This document shows, one piece after another, positions 35,601-50,600 of a stretch of 64,000 nt of DNA; positions within the stretch are counted from its first letter, which is position 1; the number at the start of each line of letters is the position of its first letter. The translations under genes and the position numbers were made by a program. The DNA is taken from contig OZ024742.1 of assembly GCA_964016885.1 (NCBI GenBank), positions 364,808,001 to 364,872,000 on the forward strand, given 5' to 3'. Under the pieces are notes generated by a model. The model saw only the letters and a program-made list of their open reading frames with translations, was not told the DNA's origin and did not search any database. The stretch is from Eledone cirrhosa. Lineage: Eukaryota.

Positions 35601-38600
35601 AGAGAGTATTATATATTGGTAGAGAGATTTATATATTGGGAGAGAGAATTATATACTGATAGAGAGAATTATATATTGGTAGAGAGTATTATATACTGGG
35701 AGAGAATTATATACTGGGAGAGAGAATTATATATTGGTAGAGAGAATTATATATTGGGAGAGAGAATAATATACTGGGAGAGAGAATTATATATTGGGAG
35801 AGGGAATTATATACTGGTAGAGAATATTATATACTGGGGGAGAGAACTATATATTGGTATAGAGAATTATATACTGGGAGAGAGAATTATATATTGGTAG
35901 AGGGTATTATATACTGCTAGAGAGAATTATATACTGGGAGAGAGAATTATATATTGGCAGAGAGTATTATATACTGGTAGAGAGAATTATATATCGGTAG
36001 AGAGAATTATATATTGGTAGAGAGAATTATATACTGGCAGAGAGAATTATATATTGGTAGAGAGAATTATATACTGGCAGAGAGAATTATATATTGGTAG
36101 AGAGAATTATATACTGGGTGAGGGAATTATATACTGGGAGATAAGAATTATATATTGGTAGAGAGTATTATATATTGGGAGAGAGAATTATATACTAGTA
36201 GACAGAATTATATACTGGGAGATAAGAATTATATATTGGTAGAGAGTATTATATATTGGGAGAGAGAATTATATACTGGTAGAGAGAATTATATACTGGG
36301 AGATAAGAATTATATATTGGTAGAGAGTAGTATATACTGGGAGAGAGAATTATATAATGGGAGAGAGAATTATATATTGGTAGAGAGAAGTATATATTGG
36401 TAGAGAGTATTATATACTGGGAGAGAGAATTATATATTGGTAGAGGGTATTATATACTGCTAGAGAGAATTATATACTGGGAGAGAGAATTATATATTGG
36501 CAGAGAGTATTATATACTGGTAGAGAGAATTATATATCGGTAGAGAGAATTATATATTGGTAGAGAGAATTATATACTGGCAGAGAGAATTATATATTGG
36601 TAGAGAGAATTATATACTGGTAGAGAGAATTATATATTGGCAGAGAGAATTATATACTGGTAGACAGAATTATATACTGGGAGATAAGAATTATATATTG
36701 GTAGAGAGTATTATATATTGGGAGAGAGAATTATATATTGGTAGAGAGAATTATATACTGGGAGAGAGAATTATATAATGGGAGAGAGAATTATATATTG
36801 GTAGAGAGAATTATATATTGGTAGAGAGAAATAGATACTGGTAGAGAGAATTACATATTGGTAGAGAGAATTATATACTATGAGAGAGAATTATATATAT
36901 GTAGAGAGAATTGTATATTGGGAGAGAGAATTATATATTGGGAGAGGAAATTATATATTGGTAGACAGAATTATATACTGGCAGACAGTATTATATATTG
37001 GTAGAGATTATTATATATTGGGAGAGGGAATTATATATAGGTAGAGAGAATTATATATTGGTAGAGAGAATGATATGCTGGGAGATAAGAATTATATATT
37101 GGTAGAGAGTATTAAATACTGGGAGAGAGAATTATATAATGGGAGATAGAATTATATAATGGGGAGAGAATTAAATATTGGTAGAGAGTATTATATACTA
37201 TGAGAGAGTATTATATATTGGGAGAGAGAATTAAATATTGGTAGACAGAAGTATGTACTGGTATACAGAAGTATATGCTGGTAGAGAGAATTATATATGG
37301 GTAGAGAGGATTATATATTGGTAGAGAGAAGTATATACTGGGAGAGAGAATTATATATTGGTAGAGATAATTATATATTGGGAGAGAGAACTATATATTG
37401 GTAGAGAGAATTATATATTTGGGAAGAGAATTATATATTGCTAGAGATAATTATATATTGGTAGAGAGAATTATATACTGGGAGAGAGAATTATATATTG
37501 GTAGAGATAATAATATTTTGGGAGAGAGAATTATATATTGGGAGAGAGAACTATATATTGGTAGAGAGAATTATATACCGGGAGAGAAAATTATATATTG
37601 GTAGACCGAATTATATATTGGGAGAGGGAATTATATATTGGTAGAGAGTATTATATATCGGTAGACAGAAGTATGTACTGGTAGACAGAATTATATATTG
37701 GTAGAGCGGATATATATTGGTAGAGAGAATAATATACTGGGAGAGGGAATTGCATATTGGTAGAGAGAATTATATACTGGGAGAGAGACTTATATACTGG
37801 GAGAGAGTATTGTATATTGGTAGAGAATATTATATACTGGGAGAGAGAATTATATATATGGAGAGAGAATTATTTATTTGTAGAGAGTATTATATACTGG
37901 TAGAGAGAATTATATATTGGTAGTGAGAATTATATGTTTGTAGAGAAAATTATATATTGGTAGAATGAAGTATATATTGGTAGAGAGAATTATATATTGG
38001 TAGAGAGTATTATATATTGGTAGAGAGAATTATATATTGGTAGAGAGTATTATATATTGGTAGAAAGAAGTATATATTGGTGGTGAGAATTATATATTGG
38101 TAGAGAGAATTATATACTGGGAGAGAGAATTATATACTGGTAGAGATAATTATATACTGGGAGTGAGAATTATATACTGGTAGACAGAATTATATATTGG
38201 GAGAGAGAATGATATATTGGGAGAGATAATTATATATTGGTAGAGAGTATATATTGGGAGAGGGATTTATATACTGGTAGACAGAATTATATATTGGGAG
38301 AGAGAAATATATACTGGTAGAGAGAATTATATATCGGTAGAGAGTATTATATATTGGGAGAGAGAAATATATACTGGTAGAGAGAATTATATATCGGTAG
38401 AGAGTATTATATATTGGGAGAGAGAATTATATACTGGGAGAGAGAATAATATATTGGTAGAGAGAATTATATATTGTTAGAGAGTAATATATACTGAGAG
38501 AGAGAGAATTATATACTGGGAGAGATAATTATATATTGGTAGAGAGTATTATATACTATGAGAGAGAATTATATACTGGTAGAGAGAGTTATTTATTGGT

Positions 38601-41600
38601 AGAGAGAATTATATACTGGGGGAGAGTATTATATATTGGTAGAGAATATTATATACTGGGAGAGAGAACTATATATTGGTAGAGAGAATTATATACTGGG
38701 AGAGATACTTATATACTGGGAGAGAGAATTATATATTGGGAGAAAGAATTATATATTGGTAGAGAGAATTATATATTGGTAGAGAGTATTATATATTGGT
38801 AGAGAATATTATATATTGGGAGAGAGAATTATATATTGGGAGAGAGAATTATATATTGGTAGAGAGAAATAGATACTGGTAGAGAGAATTATATATTGGT
38901 AGAGAGAATGATATACTGTTAGACAGAATTATATATTGGCAGACAGAATTATATATTGGTAGAGAGTATTATATATTGGTAGAGAGAATTATATGCTGGG
39001 AGATAAGAATTATATATTGGTAGAGAGTATTATATACTGGGAGAGAGAATTATATATTGGTAGAGAGAATTATATATTGGGAGAGAGAACTATATATTGG
39101 TAGAGGGAATTATATATTTGGGAGGAGAATTATATATTGCTAGAGAGAATTATATATTGGTAGAGAGAATTATATACTGGGAGAGAGAATTATATATTGA
39201 TAGAGATAATTATATTTTCGGAGAGAGAATTATATATTGGTAGAGAGTATTATATATTGGTAGACAGAAGTATGTACTGGTAGACATAATTATATGCTGG
39301 CAGAGAGAATTATATATTGGTAGAGAGGATATATATTGGTAGAGAGAATTATATAATGGGAGAGAGAATTATATATTGGTAGAGAGTATTATATGTTGGT
39401 AGAGAGAATTATATATTGGTAGAGAAATTTATATATTGGGAGAGAGAATTATATACTGATAGAGAGAATTATATATTGGTAGAGAGTATTATATACTGGG
39501 AGAGAATTATATACTGGGAGAGAGAATTATATATTGGTAGAGAGAATTATATATTGGGAGAGAGAATAATATACTGGGAGAGAGAATTATATATTGGGAG
39601 AGAGAATTATATACTGGTAGAGAATATTATATACTGGGGGAGAGAACTATATATTGGTATAGAGAATTATATACTGGGAGAGAGACTTATATATTGGTAG
39701 AGAGTATTATATATTGGTAGAGAGAATTATATATTGGTAGAGAGAATTATATATTGGGAGAGAGAATTATATACTGGTAGAGAGAATTATATATTCGTAG
39801 AGCATATTATATATTGGTAGAGAGAATTATATATTGGCAGAGAGAATTATATATTAGTAGAGAGAATTATATATTGGGGGAGAGAACTATATACTGGGAG
39901 AGAGAATTATATACTGGGAGAGAGAATTATATATTGGGAGAGAGAATTATATATTGGGAGAGGGAATTATATACTGGGAGAGATAACTATATACTGGGAG
40001 AGAGAATTATATATTGGGAGAGAGAATTATATATTGGGAGAGGGAATTATATACTGGGAGAGATAACTATATACTGGGAGAGAGAATTATATATTGGGAG
40101 AGAGAATTATATACTGGGAGAGGAAATTCTATTCTGGAAGAGAGAATTATATATTGGTAGAGAGAATTATATACTGGTAAAGAGAATTATATATTGGTAG
40201 AGACAATTATATACTGGGAGAGAGAATTAAATATTGGGAGAGAGAATTATATACTGGGAGAGAGAATTATATACTGGGATAGAAAATTATATATTGGTAG
40301 AGAGTATTATATACTGGGAGAGAGAATTATATATTGGTAGAGAGAATTATATATTGGTAAAGAGAATTATATACTGGGAGAGAGAATTATATATTGGTAG
40401 AAAGAATTATATATTGGTAGAGAATATTATATACTGGGACAGAGAACTATATATTGGTAGAGAGAAATATATACTGGGATAGAGAATTATATATTGGTAG
40501 AGAGTATTATATATTGGTAGAAAGAAGTATATATTCGTAGCGAGAATTATATATTGGTAGAGAGAATTATATACTGGTAGAGAGAATTATATATTGGGAG
40601 AGAGAAATATATACTGGTAGAGAGAATTATATATCGGTAGAGAGTATTATATATTGGGAGGGAGAATTATATACTGGGAGAAAGAATTATATGTTGGTAG
40701 AGAGAAGTATATATTGGTAGAGAGTATTATATATTGGTAGAGAATATTATATATTGGGAGAGAGAATTATATATTGGGAGAGAGAATTATATATTGGTAG
40801 AGAGTATTATATACTATGAGAGAGAATTATATACTGGTAGAGAGAGTTATTTATTGGTAGAGAGAATTATATACTGGGGGAGAGTATTATATATTGGTAG
40901 AGAATATTATATACTGGGAGAGAGAACTATATCTTGGTAGAGACAATTATATACTGGGAGATATACTTATATACTGGGAGAGAGAATTATATATTGTGAG
41001 AGAGAATTATATATTGGTAGAGAGTATTATATATTGGTAGAGAATATTATATATTGGGAGAGAGAATTATATATTGGGAGAGAGAATTATATATTGGTAG
41101 AAAGAAATATATACTGGTAGAGAGAATTATATATTGGTAGGGAGAATTATATATTGGGAGAGAGAAATATATACTGGTAGAGAGAATTATATATTCGTAG
41201 AGAATATTATATATTGGTAGAGAGAATTATATATTGGCAAAGAGAATTGTATGTTGGTAGAGAGAATTATATATTGGGAGAGAGAACTATATACTGGGAG
41301 AGAGAATTATATACTGGGAGAGAGAATTATATATTGGTAGAGAGAATAATATACGGGGAGAGAGAATTATATATTGGGAGAGAGAACTATATACTGGGAG
41401 AGAGAATTATATACTGGGAGAGGAAATTCTATACTGGAAGAGAGAATTATATATTGGTAGAGAGAATTATATACTGGTAAAGAGAATTATATATTGGTAG
41501 AGACAATTATATACTGGGAGAGAGAATTAAATATTGGGAGCGAGAATTATATACTGGGAGAGAGAATTATATACTGGGATAGAAAATTATATATTGGTAG

Positions 41601-44600
41601 AGAGTATTATATACTGGGAGAGAGAATTATATATTGGTAAAGAGAATTATATACTGGGAGAGAGAATTATATATTGGTAGAAAGAATTATATATTGGTAG
41701 AGAATATTATATACTGGGACAGAGAACTATATATTGGTAGAGAGAATTATATACTGGGATAGAGAATTATATATTGGTAGAGAGTATTATATATTGGTAG
41801 AAAGAAGTATATATTCGTAGCGAGAATTATATATTGGTAGAGAGAATTATATACTGGTAGAGAGAATTATATATTGGGAGAGAGAAATATATACTGGTAG
41901 AGAGAATTATATATCGGTAGAGAGTATTATATATTGGGAGGGAGAATTATATACTGGGAGAAAGAATTATATGTTGGTAGAGAAAAGTATATATTGGTAG
42001 AGAGTATTATATACTGAGAGAGAGAATTATATACTGGGAGAGATAATTATATATTGGTAGAGAGTATTATATACTATGAGAGAGAATTATATACTGGTAG
42101 AGAGAGTTATTTATTGGTAGAGAGAATTATATACTGGGGGAGAGTATTATATATTGGTAGAGAATATTATATACTGGGAGAGAGAACTATATCTTGGTAG
42201 AGACAATTATATACTGGGAGATATACTTATATACTGGGAGAGAGAATTATATATTGTGAGAGAGAATTATATATTGGTAGAGAGTATTATATATTGGTAG
42301 AGAATATTATATATTGGGAGAGAGAATTATATATTGGGAGAGAGAATTATATATTGGTAGAAAGAAATATATACTGGTAGAGAGAATTATATATTGGTAG
42401 AGAGAATTATATATTGGGAGAGAGAAATATATACTGGTAGAGAGAATTATATATTCGTAGAGAATATTATATATTGGTAGAGAGAATTATATATTGGCAG
42501 AGAGAATTGTATGTTGGTAGAGAGAATTATATATTGGGAGAGAGAACTATATACTGGGAGAGAGAATTATATACTGGGAGAGAGAATTATATATTGGTAG
42601 AGAGAATAATATACGGGGAGAGAGAATTATATATTGGGAGAGAGAACTATATACTGGGAGAGAGAATTATATACTGGGAGAGGAAATTCTATACTGGAAG
42701 AGAGAATTATATATTGGTAGAGAGAATTATATACTGGTAAAGAGAATTATATATTGGTAGAGACAATTATATACTGGGAGAGAGAATTAAATATTGGGAG
42801 AGAGAATTATATACTGGGAGAGAGAATTATATACTGGGATAGAAAATTATATATTGGTAGAGAGTATTATATAATGGGAGAGAGAATTATATATTGGTAA
42901 AGAGAATTATATACTGGGAGAGAGAATTATATATTGGTAGAAAGAATTATATATTGGTAGAGAATATTATATACTGGGACAGAGAACTATATATTGGTAG
43001 AGAGAAATATATACTGGGATAGAGAATTATATATTGGTAGAAAGAAGTATATATTGGTAGTGAGAATTATATATTGGTAGAGAGAATTATATACTGGGAG
43101 AGAGAATTATATACTGGTAGAGAGAATTATATACTGGGAGTGAGAATTATATACTGGTAGACAGAATTATATATTGGGAGAGAGAATGATATATTGGGAG
43201 AGATAATGATATATTGGTAGAGAGTATATATTGGGAGAGAGATTTATATACTGGTAGACAGAATTATATATTGGGAGAGAGAAATATATACTGGTAGAGA
43301 GAATTATAAATCGGTAGAGAGTATTATATATTGGGAGGGAGAATTATATACTGGGAGAGAGAATTATATGTTGGTAGAGAGAATTATATATTGGGAGAGA
43401 GTATTATATACTGAGAGAGAGAATTACATACTGGGAGAGATAATTATATATTGGTAGAGAGTATTATATACTATGAGAGAGAATTATATACTGGTAGAGA
43501 GAGTTATTTATTGGTAGAGAGAATTATATACTGGGGGAGAGTATTATATATTGGTAGAGAATATTATATACTGGGAGAGAGAACTATATCTTGGTAGACA
43601 CAATTATATACTGGGAGAGATACTTATATACTGGGAGAGAGAATTATATATTGTGAGAGAGAATTATGTATTGGTAGAGAGAATTATATATTGGTAGAGA
43701 GTATTATATATTGGTAGAGAATATTATATATTGGGAGAGAGAATTATATATTGGGAGAGAGAATTATATATTGGTAGAAAGAAATATATACTGGTAGAGA
43801 GAATTATATATTGGTAGAGAGAATGATATACTGTTAGACAGAATTATATATTGGGAGAGAGTATTATATACTGGGAGAGAGAATTATATATTGGCAGACA
43901 GAATTATATACTGGTAGAGAGTATTATATATTGGGAGAGAGAATTATATATTGGTAGAGAGAATTATTTATTGGTAGAGAGAAATATATACTGGTAGAAA
44001 TAATTATATATTGGTAGAAAGAATTATATACTATTAGACAGAATTATATATTGGGAGAGAGTATTATATACTGGGAGAGAGAATTAAATATTGGTAGAGA
44101 GAATTATATATTGGTAGACAGAATTATATATTGGTAGATAGTATTATACACTGGGAGAGAGAATTATATACTGGGAGAGATAATTATATATTGGTAGAGA
44201 GAATTATATATTTGTAGACAGAATTATATATTGGTAGAGAGTATTATATACTGGGAGAGAGAATTATATATCGGTAGAGAGAATTATATACTGGTAGACA
44301 GAATTATATATTGTGAGAGAGAATTATATATTGGTAGAGAGAATTATATGTTGGTAGAGAGAATTATATAATGGGAGATACGAATTATATATTGGTAGAG
44401 AGTATTATATAATGGGAGAGAGAATTATATAATAGGAGATAGAATTATATAATGGGGAGAGAATTATATATTGGTAGAGAGTATTATATACTATGAGAGA
44501 GTATTATATATTGGGAGAGAGAATTATATATTGGTAGAGAGAATTATATACTGGGAGAGAGAATTATATATTGGTAGAGAGAATTATATATTGGGAGAGA

Positions 44601-47600
44601 GAAATATATATTGGGGGAGAGAATTATATATTGGCAGAGAGAATTATATATTGGCAGAGAGAATTATATACTGGGAGAGAGAATTATATATTGGTAGAGA
44701 GAATTATATTTTGGGAGAGAGAATTATATATTGGGAGACAGAACTATATATTGGTAGAGAGAATTATATACTGGGAGAGAGAATTATATATTGGCAGACA
44801 GAATTATATATTGGTAGAGAGTATTATATATTGGTAGACAGAAGTATGTACTGTTAGACATAATTATATGCCGGTAAAGAGAATTATATATTGGTAGAGA
44901 GGATATATATTGGTAGAGATAATTATATACTGGGAGAGAGAATTATATATTGGTAGAGAGTATTATATATTGGTAGAGAGAATTATATATTGGTAGAGAG
45001 AATTATATATTGGGAAAGGAAATTATATACTGGTAGAGAGAATTATATATTCGTAGAGAATATTATATATTGGTAGAGAGAATTATATATTGGCAGAGAG
45101 AATTATATATTGGTAGAGAGAATTATATATTGGGAGAGAGAACTATATACTGGGAGAGAGAATTATATACTGGGAGAGAGAATTATATATTGGCAGGGAG
45201 AATTATATATTGGGAGAGAGAATAATATACTGGGAGAGAGAATTATATATTGGGAGAGAGAACTATATACTGGGAGAGAGAATTATATATTGGGAAAGAG
45301 AATTATATATTGGGAGAGGGAATTATATACTGGGAGAGATAACTATATACTGGGAGAGATAATTGTATATTGGGAGAGAGAATTATATACTGGGAGAGGA
45401 AATTCTATACTGGAAGAGAGAATTATATATTGGTAGAGAGAATTATATACTGGTAAAGAGAATTATATATTGGTAGAGACAATTATATACTGGGAGAGAG
45501 AATTAAATATTGGGAGAGAGAATTATATACTGGGAGAGAGAATTATATACTGGGATAGAAAATTATATATTGGTAGAGAGTATTATATACTGGGAGAGAG
45601 AATTATATATTGGTAGAGAGAATTATATATTGGTAAAGAGAATTATATACTGGAAGAGAGAATTATATATTGGTAGAGAGAATTATATATTGGTAGAGAA
45701 TATTATATACTGGGACAGAGAACTATATATTGGTAGAGAGAATTATATACTGGGATAGAGAATTATATATTGGTAGAGAGTATTATATATTGGTAGAAAG
45801 AAGTATATATTGGTAGTGAGAATTATATATTGGTAGAGAGAATTATATACTGGGAGAGAGAATTATATACTGGTAGAGAGAATTACATACTGGGAGTGAG
45901 AATGATATATTGGTAGAGAGTATATATTGGGAGAGAGATTTATATACTGGTAGACATAATTATATATTGGGAGAGAGAAATATATACTGGTAGAGAGAAT
46001 TATATATCGGGAGAGAGAATTATATACTGGGAGAGAGAATTATATGTTGGTAGAGAGAATTATATATTGGTAGAGAGTATTATATACTGAGAGAGAGAAT
46101 TATATACTGGGAGAGATAATTATATATATGTAGAGAGTATTATATACTATGAGAGAGAATTATATACTGGTAGAGAGAATTATATATCGGTAGAGAGTAT
46201 TATATATTGGGAGAGAGAATTATATACTGGGGGAGAGTATTATATATTGGTAGAGAATATTATATATTGGGAGAGAGTATTATATATTGGGAGAGAGAAT
46301 TATATATTGGTAGAGAGAATTATAAGCTGGGAGATAAGAATTATATATTGGTAGAGAGTATTATATACTGGGAGAGAGAATTATATAATGGGAGATAGAA
46401 TTATATAATGGGGAGAGAATTATATATTGGTAGACAGAACTATGTACTGCTAGACAGAATTATATGCTGGTAGAGAGAATTATATATTTGGTAGAGAGGA
46501 TTATATATTGGTAGAGAGAATTATATACTGGGACAGAGAATTATATATTGGTAGAGAGAATTATATATTGGGAGAGAGGACTATATATTGGTAGAGAGAA
46601 TTATATATTGGTAGAGAGAATTATATACTGGGAGAGAGAATTATATATTGGTAGAGAGAATTATATTTTCGGAGAGAGAATTATATATTGGGGGAGAGAA
46701 CTATATATTGGTAGAGAGAATTATATACCGGGAGAGAGAATTATATATTGGTAGACAGAATTATATATTTGGAGAGAGAATTATATATTTGTAGAGACTA
46801 TTATATATTGGTAGACAGAAGTATGTACAGGTAGACAGAATTATATGCTGGTAGAGAGAATTATATATTGGTAGAGAGAATTATATACTGGGAGAGAGAA
46901 TTATATATTGGTAGAGAGAATTATATATTGGTAGAGAGAACTATATATTGGTAGAGAGAATTATATATTGAGGGAGAGAATTATATATTGGCAGAGAGAA
47001 TTATATATTGGGAGAGGGAATTATATACTAGGAGAGACAACTATATACTGGGAGAGAGAATTATATATTGGGAGAGAGAATTATATACTGGGAGAGGGAA
47101 TTCTATGCTGGAAGAGAGAATTATATATTGGTAGAGAGAATTATATACTGGTAAAGAGAATTATATATTGGTAGAGACAATTATATACTGGGAGAGAGAA
47201 TTAAATATTGGGAGAGAGAATTATATACTGGGAGAGAGAATTATATACTGGCATAGAAAATGATATATTGGTAGAGAGTATTATATACTGGGAGAGAGAA
47301 TTATATATTGGTAGAGAGAATTATATATTGGTAAAGAGAATTGTATACTGGGAGAGAGAATTATATATTGGTACAGAATATTATATACTGTGACAGAGAA
47401 CTATATATTGGTAGAGAGAATTATATACTTTTAGAGAGATTTATATACTGGGAGAGGGAACTATATATTGGGAGAGAGAAATATATATTAGTAGAGAGAA
47501 TTATATATTGGTAGAGAGTATTATATACTGGGAGAGAGAATTATATAATGGGAGATAGAATTATAAAATGGGGAGAGAATTATATATTGGTAGACAGAAG

Positions 47601-50600
47601 TATGTACTGGTAGACAGAATTATATCCTGGTAGAGAGAATTATATATTGGGAGAGAGGATTATATATTGGTAGAGAGAATTATAAACTGGGGCAGAGAAT
47701 TATATATTGGTAGAGAGAATTATATACTGGGAGAGAGAATTATATATTGGTAGAGAGAATTATATTTTCGGAGAGAGAATTATATATTGGTGGAGAGAAC
47801 TATATATTGGTAGAGAGAATTATATACCGGGAGAGAGAATTATATATTGGTAGACAGAATTATATATTGGGAGAGAGAATTATATATTGGTAGAGAGTAT
47901 ATATTGGGAGAGAGAATTATATACTGGTAGACAGAATTATATATTGGGAGAGAGAAATATATACTGGTAGAGAGAATTATATATTGGTAGAAGAGAGTAT
48001 TATATATTGTGAGAGAGAATTATATACTGGGAAAGAGAATTATATATTGGTAGAGAGAATTATATATTAGTAGAGAGTATTATATACTGAATGAGAGAAT
48101 AATACTGGGAGAGATAATTATATGTTGGTAGAGAGAATTATATATTGGGATAGAGAATTATATATGGGTAGAGAGAATTATATATCGGTAGAGAGAATTA
48201 TATACTGGGAGTGAGAATTATATATTGCTAGAGAGAATGATATACTGGGAGAGAGAATTATATACTGGGAGAGAGAATTATATAGTTGGAGAGAGAATTA
48301 TATATTGGTAGAGAGAATTATATTTTTGGAGAGAGAATTATATAGTGGGAGAGAGAATTATATATTGGTAGACAGATTTATATATTAGGAGAGAGAATTA
48401 TATATTGGTAGAGAGAATTATATATAGATAGAGAGAATTAGATATTGGTAGAGAGAATTATATACTGGGAGAGAGAATTATATATTGGTAGAGAGACTTA
48501 TATACTGGGAGACAGAATTATATACTGGGAGAGAGAATTATATATTGGTAGAGAGAATTATATATTGGTAGAGAGAATTATATATTGGTAGAGAGAATTA
48601 TATACTGGGAGAGAGAATTATATATTGGTAGAGAGAATTATATATTGGGAGAGAGAATTATATACTGGGGGAAAGAATTATATACTGGGAGAGAGAATTA
48701 TATATTGGGGGAGAGAATTATATACTGGTAGAGAGAATTATATATTGGTAGAGAGAATTATATACTGGGAGAGAGAATTATATATTGGTAGAGATAATTA
48801 TATATTGGTAGAGAGAATTATATAGTAGGAGAGAGAATTATGTATTGGTAGAGAGAATTATATATTGATAGAGAGTATTATATATTGGGAGAGAGAATTA
48901 TATATTGGTAGAGAGAATTATATATTGGCAGAGAGAACTATATACTGGGAGAGAGAATTATATATTGGCAGAGAGAATTATATATTGGGAGAAAGAATTA
49001 TATATTGGTAGAGAGAATTATATACTGGGAGATAGAATTGTATATTGGTAGAGGGAATTGTATATTGGTAGAGAGAATTATATACTAGGAGAGAGAATTA
49101 TATATTGGTAGAAAGTATTATATATTGGTAGAGAGAATTATATATTGGTAGAGAGAATTATATATTGGGAGAGAGAATTATATACTGGTAGAGAGAATTA
49201 TATATTCGTAGAGAATATTATATATTGGTAGAGAGAATTATATATTGGCAGAGAGAATTATATATTGGTAGAGATAATTATATACTGGGAGAGAGAACTA
49301 TATACTGGGAGAGAGAATTATATACTGGGAGAGAGAATTATATATTGGTAGAGAGAATTATATATTGGGAGAGAGAATAATATACTGGGAGAGAGAATTA
49401 TATATCGGGAGAGAGAATTATATATTGGGAGAGAGAATAATATACTGGGAGAGAGAATTATATATTGGGAGAGAGAACTATATACTGGGAGAGAGAATTA
49501 TATATTGGGAGAGAGAATTATATATTGGGAGAGGGAATTATATACTAGGAGAGACAACTATATACTGGGAGAGAGAATTATATATTGGGAGAGAGAATTA
49601 TATACTGGGAGAGGGAATTCTATGCTGGAAGAGAGAATTATATATTGGTAGAGAGAATTATATACTGGTAAAGAGAATTATATATTGGTAGAGACAATTA
49701 TATACTGGGAGAGAGAATTAAATATTGGGAGAGAGAATTATATACTGGGAGAGAGAATTATATACTGGGATAGAAAATGATATATTGGTAGAGAGTATTA
49801 TATACTGGGAGAGAGAATTATATATTGGTAGAGAGAATTATATATTGGTAAAGAGAATTGTATACTGGGAGAGAGAATTATATATTGGTAGAGAATATTA
49901 TATACTGTGACAGAGAACTATATATTGGTAGAGAGAATTATATACTTTTAGAGAGATTTATATACTGGGAGAGGGAACTATATATTGGGAGAGAGAAATA
50001 TATATTAGTAGAGAGAATTATATATTGGTAGAGAGTATTATATACTGGGAGAGAGAATTATATAATGGGAGATAGAATTATAAAATGGGGAGAGAATTAT
50101 ATATTGGTAGACAGAAGTATGTACTGGTAGACAGAATTATATCCTGGTAGAGAGAATTATATATTGGGAGAGAGGATTATATATTGGTAGAGAGAATTAT
50201 ATACTGGGGCAGAGAATTATATATTGGTAGAGAGAATTATATACTGGGAGAGAGAATTATATATTGGTAGAGAGAATTATATTTTCGGAGAGAGAATTAT
50301 ATATTGGTGGAGAGAACTATATATTGGTAGAGAGAATTATATACCGGGAGAGAGAATTATATATTGGTAGACAGAATTATATATTGGGAGAGAGAATTAT
50401 ATATTGGTAGAGAGTATATATTGGGAGAGAGAATTATATACTGGTAGACAGAATTATATATTGGGAGAGAGAAATATATACTGGTAGAGAGAATTATATA
50501 TTGGTAGAAGAGAGTATTATATATTGTGAGAGAGAATTATATACTGGGAAAGAGAATTATATATTGGTAGAGAGAATTATATATTAGTAGAGAGTATTAT